Below the pieces are notes generated by a model. That model saw only the letters and a list, made by a program, of their open reading frames with translations, ran no database searches and had not been told where the DNA came from. A program made the translations under genes and the position numbers. Positions 58,474 through 64,000 of a DNA stretch of 64,000 bases are shown in pieces. How positions within the stretch are numbered: the stretch's first letter is position 1; each line of letters begins with the position of its first letter. Location: contig CAMTYB010000001.1 of the NCBI GenBank assembly GCA_947085855.1, positions 737,421 through 801,420 on the forward strand. The letters run 5' to 3'. This DNA comes from an uncultured Candidatus Saccharibacteria bacterium. GTDB taxonomy: Bacteria; Patescibacteriota; Saccharimonadia; Saccharimonadales; 2-12-FULL-41-12.

Positions 58474-59454
58474 ATGACAGCACAAGACTACATACAAACC
58501 AAACTTAAAGAACTGAAACAGCCAGTTGGATTAAAGAAGCCCGATAATACGGATGAGCTGGTAGAAGCTATTTTTAAGGCTTTGATGTCCAAGAAGTTTC
58601 GTAAGTATTCTGCTAACGAAGACCTGCAAAAAAGTGTCAGAACTGCCATTAGAATTAACGTTGAGAAGAACGAGCCAATCAACGTAACTTTTCTGCACGG
58701 TGCATACAAGCTGTGGCGATTAGAAGAAGCTCCTGAAACCGATTGGGCGGAACTCTTTTCACTTATGTACTATTCAGCTTGGGTAAAGCCAATATGCGAG
58801 ATTTACGAGCCAGGCGTATGGTTTGACTTCTTCGTAGACGACTACATCATCAACCGCCTAGACAACATACCGATGTCAGACGTTCAAGCTTACATAGATA
58901 GTTACCAATCACTTATAGATTTCCTAAAACCGTACCAGCCGAGCAACCTCAAAATGACAATAACAACCGTCGGTGGTCAGTTCCCGTCAGAAGATGCCTT
59001 TGATAAGTCGTTAGAAGCAAACCTTGAAAAGTTAACAACAGAAACCCCTGGCGGTTTGCCCGAACTTAATGACGCTCAACGAGCTATGGTTGAATTAAAT
59101 ACTAAAGCGACAGACGAACAGCTAAAAGACCCTAAATGGCGAGAGAAGGTCTTTCACTTGCACAATGCCTATATGGCTACGAAAGCCGAACCTGGTTATC
59201 ACAAAGGAAGACCAGAAAAGATTATGGCGTTCACGCAACCACTACCATCTGGCACTACCATTTCAGTAGGCACAACTAAGAGTTCAATTATGAAGTTCTG
59301 GGTAGGTGTTGGTGTATTACGGCGGAAAGAGGATAGCTATAGCCAAGTCATACTTTCGCCGAGCCAACTTGAAAAGTCGCAGTTTAATCTTGAGGACGTT
59401 CAGATCGACAACTTAAACGGTAAAAACTTTAAGAAAGTGAGGGTTATGAAGTGA
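58474..59454 (+). CDS. hypothetical enzyme-like protein (326 aa)
   Basis: The ATG lies 5 nt after the tRNA-Cys-like CCA and has no SD. The segment EPINVTFLHGAYKL...PETDWAELFSL...ICEIYEPGVWFDFFVDDYIINRLDNIPMSDVQAYIDSY loosely recalls the PvcA/Dit1-family pattern. That comparison is from memory only. Confidence 0.55.
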   Translation: MTAQDYIQTKLKELKQPVGLKKPDNTDELVEAIFKALMSKKFRKYSANEDLQKSVRTAIRINVEKNEPINVTFLHGAYKLWRLEEAPETDWAELFSLMYYSAWVKPICEIYEPGVWFDFFVDDYIINRLDNIPMSDVQAYIDSYQSLIDFLKPYQPSNLKMTITTVGGQFPSEDAFDKSLEANLEKLTTETPGGLPELNDAQRAMVELNTKATDEQLKDPKWREKVFHLHNAYMATKAEPGYHKGRPEKIMAFTQPLPSGTTISVGTTKSSIMKFWVGVGVLRRKEDSYSQVILSPSQLEKSQFNLEDVQIDNLNGKNFKKVRVMK

Positions 59455-59834
59455 AAACAATTCTAGTAGACGCAATAAACGGTTTTGTACTTGAAGACGG
59501 CAGTATTCTTGCGCCGATGCACGAATTACTGGAAAGCTACCCAAACAATAAGATAGTTCTAACAGGTGCTAATGATGAACAGTTCGCACACTTCAGGTTA
59601 GACCAAGTACCTTACGAGGTATTTACCCTAAAGCACAATCCTGAAAAGACTGACCCACGATACTTTAAGGTTCTCCTTGAAAAATACAGTCTTACCGCAC
59701 AAGATGTAGTCTACTTTGAACATAATGCAGAAGCAGCTAAAACTGCTGAATCTGTCGGCATCACCACGTACTTCTACGACCACACAAAAGAAGATATGGT
59801 CGCACTTAAACAGTTCTTGGACGAGAATCTATAA
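59451..59834 (+). CDS. small HAD-like protein with a degenerate motif I
   Basis: 127 aa, overlapping the upstream gene by 4 nt. ILVDAINGF stands in place of the DxDxT motif, and VYFEHNAEAAKTAESVGI resembles the HAD motif III region. Confidence 0.45.
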   Translation: MKTILVDAINGFVLEDGSILAPMHELLESYPNNKIVLTGANDEQFAHFRLDQVPYEVFTLKHNPEKTDPRYFKVLLEKYSLTAQDVVYFEHNAEAAKTAESVGITTYFYDHTKEDMVALKQFLDENL

Positions 59835-60163
59835 TGCAGTTTGTAATAGTTGGCTTAGACGGAACAGACGCAGAAGCACCTGCCCGTAGGCAAGCCGTAA
59901 GACAAGACCACATTGCAATGGGCGACAAGCTACTTGAATCAGGAAATCTTTGGTATGGCGCAGCCCTACTTAATGATGACGGTTCAATGAAAGGCTCAAT
60001 GTATGTCGTTAGTTTCCCGTCCGAAAAAGAGTTGCAAGAGTATCTTGATAAAGAGCCTTATGTTGTAGGACAAGTTTGGAAAGACATTCAGATTCACAAA
60101 TCCAATACTCGTGACCCTTGGCAGTTTAACCGCCCAGAAGAGTGGTTTAAGGAACAAGAATAG
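59834..60163 (+). CDS. YciI-like protein
   Basis: 109 aa. MQFVIVGLDG...RQDHIAMGDKLLESGNLWYGAALL...EPYVVGQVWKDIQIH fits the YciI family pattern. Confidence 0.65.
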   Translation: MQFVIVGLDGTDAEAPARRQAVRQDHIAMGDKLLESGNLWYGAALLNDDGSMKGSMYVVSFPSEKELQEYLDKEPYVVGQVWKDIQIHKSNTRDPWQFNRPEEWFKEQE

Positions 60164-60165
60164 AA

Positions 60166-61080
60166 ATGGCAAAAATAGTCGTTACCAATAATCAAGATTT
60201 CACAGCCGAGCAAAAGCAACGACTAGATAGTCTGGGAGATGTTACATACTACGACAACCTACCTGAAAGCAGTGATGAGTACTTAGAACGTGTAAAAGGT
60301 GCTGACATTATTTGTTCGGGTACTGCTGGCTTGCAGGACGCATACGCACAACTGAAAGACGTGTATGTGACGGTGGCTTTTGTAAGCGTAGCATTCGTTG
60401 ATTTAGAAGTATTGAAAGCTAATAACGTAACTATTTCTAACGCACCAGGCGCTAACCGCCACGCAGTTTCCGAATGGATTATGGCAATGACTATTTTCCT
60501 AATGCGTAACCTTGCAGACGCACTAAACCGTACAGAAACATATCGCAAAGACGGCAACTTACCGCCGATTACGCCAGGATTAGCTGGCAATAAAATGACG
60601 ATACTTGGACAAGGCAATGTTGGTATGCGAGTTGGTGAACTTGCGACTGCATTTGGTATGCAAGTTACCTACTTCAAGCGTGGTGATGACCTGTACGCTG
60701 CAGTAAAAGACGCAGACGTAGTTGTCGATACTCTAAGCAGCAACCCTTCTACGGGAAAGTTGCTGGGCAGTAAGTTCTTTGCAGCAATTAAACAAGGCAG
60801 CTACTTTGTGAGTGTTACCCGTTCTGAAATCACTGACGAAGACGCATTGCTTAATGCGCTAGACGTGGGCAAACTGGCAGGTGCTGCAAGTGATTGTGGA
60901 GGTATCTTAGTTGGCGACACAGATGACCCACTCTACCAGAAATTGTTAAATCACCCCAAGGTATTGGTAACTCCTCACGTTTCTTATAACTCTGAAATGA
61001 GCAGGAAAATGGGAGCGGACACAATGATTGATAACGTTGAAGCCTGGATTAACGGTCAACCTCAAAACGTCCTCAACTAG
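60166..61080 (+). CDS. D-isomer-specific 2-hydroxyacid dehydrogenase family protein
   Basis: 304 aa with the NAD-binding motif MTILGQGNVGMRVGELATAFGMQV and the catalytic His context LVTPHVSYNS. Confidence 0.82.
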   Translation: MAKIVVTNNQDFTAEQKQRLDSLGDVTYYDNLPESSDEYLERVKGADIICSGTAGLQDAYAQLKDVYVTVAFVSVAFVDLEVLKANNVTISNAPGANRHAVSEWIMAMTIFLMRNLADALNRTETYRKDGNLPPITPGLAGNKMTILGQGNVGMRVGELATAFGMQVTYFKRGDDLYAAVKDADVVVDTLSSNPSTGKLLGSKFFAAIKQGSYFVSVTRSEITDEDALLNALDVGKLAGAASDCGGILVGDTDDPLYQKLLNHPKVLVTPHVSYNSEMSRKMGADTMIDNVEAWINGQPQNVLN

Positions 61081-61135
61081 TAGCATTGACAAGAGTAAAG
61101 TGGTGTAGCTGTTTTACCTCATATAAACTGTTAGA

Positions 61136-61258
61136 ATGACAGGTAATATGAGAGTTTCAGAGCATTATTCAATAGGTTTAGAGCAACCTTCCCTAGACTT
61201 TGTTGAAGTAAGGCTTGATACAGACATTGCGCAGCTCCATCATGCTCCATTTTTATGA
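61136..61258 (+). pseudogene. possible 5' gene fragment (40 codons)
   Basis: My own translation: MTGNMRVSEHYSIGLEQPSLDFVEVRLDTDIAQLHHAPFL*. It looks like the start of a real protein but stops early. It is too short to appear on the ORF track. Confidence 0.25.
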
Positions 61259-61350
61259 CAGCATCAACAGAAGTGCTATTCTTTGCTATTCCTAAGAAGT
61301 AGCGTTTTACGTTCATAGCTAATGCTCCACCAATCTACTCCATACGCCGA

Positions 61351-61373
61351 GCACCTCTAGAACGGTGCTTTTT
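61351..61373 (+). terminator. rho-independent terminator
   Basis: GCACC-TCTAGAAC-GGTGC followed by TTTTT. Confidence 0.5.
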
Positions 61374-61387
61374 GCTATACTGATGAT

Positions 61388-61669
61388 ATGTCATTTCAAG
61401 CTTACTTAGATAATATAGAAACAAGTACGGGCAAAACGCCTAATGACTTTATTGCTCTTGCAAAGGAAAAAGGATTTACTGCAGAAACTAAGGCAGGAGA
61501 AATAGTAGCTTGGCTCAAAGAAGATTTTGGGCTAGGGCACGGACACGCTATGGCTCTCGTGAAAGTTATTAAGACCGGTCCAAAAATCAGCGGTAAACAC
61601 GTTAATAGTGGTGGAAGTCATAGCGATGCTAGCAATACGCTGCGTTTAGACGGCTTGAAAAACCGTTAG
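61388..61669 (+). CDS. DUF4287-like small protein
   Basis: 93 aa. MSFQAYLDNIETSTGKTPNDFIALAKEKGF...WLKEDFGLGHGHAMAL fits the DUF4287 pattern. Confidence 0.65.
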   Translation: MSFQAYLDNIETSTGKTPNDFIALAKEKGFTAETKAGEIVAWLKEDFGLGHGHAMALVKVIKTGPKISGKHVNSGGSHSDASNTLRLDGLKNR

Positions 61670-61682
61670 TAAATATAAATAC

Positions 61683-62222
61683 ATGAGAAAAATATTCCTA
61701 TTCATGATGGTCACCCTAGATGGCTACTACGAAGGTAAAGACCACGACATAGCTTGGCATAATACTGACCAAGAGTTCACGAAGTTTGCCAATGAGCAGC
61801 TGGATGAAATTGACACCATGATTTTTGGTCGTAAAACCTATGAAATGATGGCCGATTTTTGGCCTACACCACATGCTCAGGCGGAAGCACATGACACTGC
61901 AGTCCGAATGAATAGCTTGCACAAAGTTGTCTTCTCTCATGAAACATTTAGCACAGACTGGAAAAACACCGAGGTTTCTACCGATCTTGCAGGAAAAGTC
62001 AGAGAGTTTAAAGAACAAGGCGGCAAAGACATAGCCGTAATGGGTAGCTCACACCTTGGCAAGGCAATGCTCGAAGCAGGATTGCTGGACGAAGTTAGAC
62101 TTATGATCAACCCAGTTTTTATTGGCCAAGGGTCAACGCTTTTTGACGGACTTAATAAAAAGCTAACGTTAGCCAGCACTCGAACATTCAAAAATGGCAA
62201 CGTTCTCCTGGTCTACAGGTAA
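61683..62222 (+). CDS. dihydrofolate reductase-like protein (RibD C-terminal domain family), second copy in the window
   Basis: 179 aa. MRKIFLFMMVTLDGYYEG..., MIFGRKTYEMM and ...AVMGSSHLGKAMLEAGLLDEVRLMINPVFIGQGSTLF. Confidence 0.8.
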   Translation: MRKIFLFMMVTLDGYYEGKDHDIAWHNTDQEFTKFANEQLDEIDTMIFGRKTYEMMADFWPTPHAQAEAHDTAVRMNSLHKVVFSHETFSTDWKNTEVSTDLAGKVREFKEQGGKDIAVMGSSHLGKAMLEAGLLDEVRLMINPVFIGQGSTLFDGLNKKLTLASTRTFKNGNVLLVYR

Positions 62223-62268
62223 CCTCGAGTCAGGCAATCTGCTATAGTAAAATTCTAAGGAGAACTCA

Positions 62269-62931
62269 ATGAATACACTCATCGTCGGTGGCACATCAGG
62301 ACTAGGTTTAGAAATCGCAAAAGGACTGCGCGTGCAAGAAGGCGACGTATACGTTACCGGAAGACGTGAACTTGAAGAAGCAGGTTTACATTACGAGCAG
62401 TTTGATCTATCGGAACCTAATTTACCTCAAAGAATTGGTGAGCTGGTAGCGAAACTGCCAGAGATTAATACGTTGGTGTATGCTGCAGGCTATTTCCAGG
62501 AAGGTACAGTTACCGACTTGAGTGAAAAGCAAATTGAAGAAATGATTGATGTCGGTGGCCGAGGCCTCATTTACTTCACACGTGCGATATTGGAGAAGCA
62601 GAGTAAGCTGGACGAACTAGTAACTATTACATCTACCTCGCAATGGACTCCACGAAAGCTTGAGCCGATTTACAACTTTGCCAAAGCTGGCGCTGCGCAT
62701 TTCAGTAATGCAATGGCGGAAGACGGTCGTGTTGCAAAAGTCTTAGTAGCTGGACCAGCCGGCATGAACACCGCATTCTGGGAAGGCATCGAAAGAGATG
62801 ACTTGGACAAAATGCTTGATCCGTCTTGGGTAGCAGGCGAAGTCCTGAAGCTACGAGAAGACGATTACAAATATCGCTTTGCCAAAATTATGCGCCAACC
62901 TGCCCGTGTTGAAGTGGTAGAAACAAGATAA
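62269..62931 (+). CDS. short-chain dehydrogenase/reductase
   Basis: 220 aa with the cofactor motif IVGGTSGLGLEIA and the catalytic YNFAKAG (YxxxK). Confidence 0.8.
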   Translation: MNTLIVGGTSGLGLEIAKGLRVQEGDVYVTGRRELEEAGLHYEQFDLSEPNLPQRIGELVAKLPEINTLVYAAGYFQEGTVTDLSEKQIEEMIDVGGRGLIYFTRAILEKQSKLDELVTITSTSQWTPRKLEPIYNFAKAGAAHFSNAMAEDGRVAKVLVAGPAGMNTAFWEGIERDDLDKMLDPSWVAGEVLKLREDDYKYRFAKIMRQPARVEVVETR

Positions 62932-62940
62932 CGTAAATAC

Positions 62941-63354
62941 ATGAACTACCGCCCACACCACACCGCAATATCAGTCCGCAATCTAGATAAGTCACTTGAG
63001 TTCTACAAAGCCCTTGGCTATGAGCAAGTCCATCGCTATGACGAAGAAGATGGTTCAATGTCCATTGTGCACCTAAAACTAGGCAACTCATTTATAGAAG
63101 TCTTTTGGTACAAAAAAAATGAAGACCTACCCAAACTAGAATACACGTACGCAAATGCTCCCGACGAACTAGGCGTTAAGCACATTGCTCTATGGGCTGA
63201 CGACATTGAAGCTGCGCTCGAAGATATGAAAGCCAAAGGTTTTGCTAACGAAGATACGAAGATAACTGTTGGCAGAACCAAGGTGAGCTACTTCTTCATC
63301 CAAGACCCAGACGGTGTTTGGGTCGAATTTGTTAAGGACGACAGATACAGTTAG
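62941..63354 (+). CDS. VOC/glyoxalase-family protein
   Basis: 137 aa. HTAISVRNLDKSLEFYKALGY, KHIALWADD and DPDGVWVEF. Confidence 0.8.
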   Translation: MNYRPHHTAISVRNLDKSLEFYKALGYEQVHRYDEEDGSMSIVHLKLGNSFIEVFWYKKNEDLPKLEYTYANAPDELGVKHIALWADDIEAALEDMKAKGFANEDTKITVGRTKVSYFFIQDPDGVWVEFVKDDRYS

Positions 63355-63389
63355 GTGCTAGGTAAAATGAAAAGAATTAAAGAATCAGT

Positions 63390-63839
63390 ATGAGAACAAT
63401 TCAGAGAGACATAGTCGGTGCTTTTATTTTTTCGGCCGATAACAAGCTCTTGCTTGGCAAAAGTATTGATGGTGGAGTGTATCCCGATTCGTGGATTGTG
63501 CCTGGTGGCGGCGTAGAGCCTGGAGAAACCAGGGCAGACGCTATTAAGCGAGAAGTTCTAGAAGAAACAGGAATTGATATCAGCGATGCAGTCGTAGAAG
63601 AAATGAAGGACACGTTGCATGGTGAGAGCGAAAAAGTACTGCGCGATACTAACGAAAAAGTTTTGGTTGAGATGAAGTTTTATAACTTCAAAGTTAGCTT
63701 AGCTAAAAATTCAACAGATATTATCCTTGCCCATGACGACGACTTTGTTCAGTCAAGATGGTTTAGCAGCAGTGAGTTGAAAAAAATTAAACTCTCCCCA
63801 CCAACTATGGCTAGTTTGAAAAAACTAGGATTGATCTAA
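63390..63839 (+). CDS. Nudix hydrolase
   Basis: 149 aa with an intact Nudix box, PGGGVEPGETRADAIKREVLEETGI. Confidence 0.8.
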   Translation: MRTIQRDIVGAFIFSADNKLLLGKSIDGGVYPDSWIVPGGGVEPGETRADAIKREVLEETGIDISDAVVEEMKDTLHGESEKVLRDTNEKVLVEMKFYNFKVSLAKNSTDIILAHDDDFVQSRWFSSSELKKIKLSPPTMASLKKLGLI

Positions 63840-63940
63840 GAGAAAACAAACTTACCGTTAGAAGTAGTCAGCTCCGAACCTCTATTGCTATATCCCTCCC
63901 ATAGGCGGACAATACGATTAGTAACACAAGGGGAATGGAA

Positions 63941-64000
63941 ATGTTTGGAATAACAATTTTAGAGTTCACGTTCGATGTTATCTGGTTATGGTTAGGGATC
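63941..64000 (+). CDS. possible 5' end of a membrane-protein CDS running off the window
   Basis: The ATG is preceded by AAGGGGAA. MFGITILEFTFDVIWLWLGI... is open to the window edge. Confidence 0.3.
   Translation, partial: MFGITILEFTFDVIWLWLGI

Noticed and set aside
61131-61316. A 61-aa minus-strand ORF in the gap after the 2-hydroxyacid dehydrogenase gene.
   Set aside because: It has no SD and a low-complexity L/A/N-rich sequence. It overlaps a more protein-like plus-strand fragment and a plus-strand terminator follows.

Overview
The window is a 64-kb stretch of a compact bacterial genome using the standard code (TGA is a stop). Gene content suggests a small-genome monoderm, and Patescibacteria/Saccharibacteria-like is only my guess. 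It shows LysM-CHAP and WxL-like wall proteins, several shortened housekeeping proteins and tRNAs with encoded CCA. About 1-47.6 kb looks like core genome: an NrtR-nadE/nadD NAD module, tatD, a cysteine desulfurase, and an F1-type ATP synthase block (b-delta-alpha-gamma-beta-epsilon) with no a or c genes in view. It continues with a five-gene secreted-protein cluster, mnmA, a short alaS, an ftsA-like gene with a membrane partner, ruvX, mltG, a LysM-CHAP hydrolase, obg, sbcB, uvrA, dedA, bL25, an ABC exporter, trhO, uvrC, pepP, secG, an orphan peptide-binding protein and an FAD oxidase. From about 47.6 kb the sequence becomes accessory and, by eye, more AT-rich. This part holds a free-standing LAGLIDADG endonuclease ORF running into tRNA-Leu(GAG), a Hanks kinase with a kinase-fold-like neighbour, and a tRNA-Val/Phe/Gly cluster. 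A large-serine-recombinase island sits at the 3' end of tRNA-Gly(GCC). It is bounded by an exact 18-bp copy of the tRNA 3' end and is followed by a second, integrase-less mini-island bounded by a near-identical 82-bp repeat. The only cargo of the first island is a tightly coupled pair: a 974-aa multi-TM protein and a 291-aa all-alpha protein, with no motif I can recognise. That pair is my best candidate for an undescribed system, possibly a defence or abortive-infection module. Secondary candidates are the WxL/Csc-like surface cluster, the non-canonical membrane-sector slot of the ATP synthase operon, and a four-gene operon starting 5 nt after an atypical tRNA-Cys-like gene. No rRNA or CRISPR array was seen. 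All family assignments come from reading motifs by eye and need HMM or structure searches.
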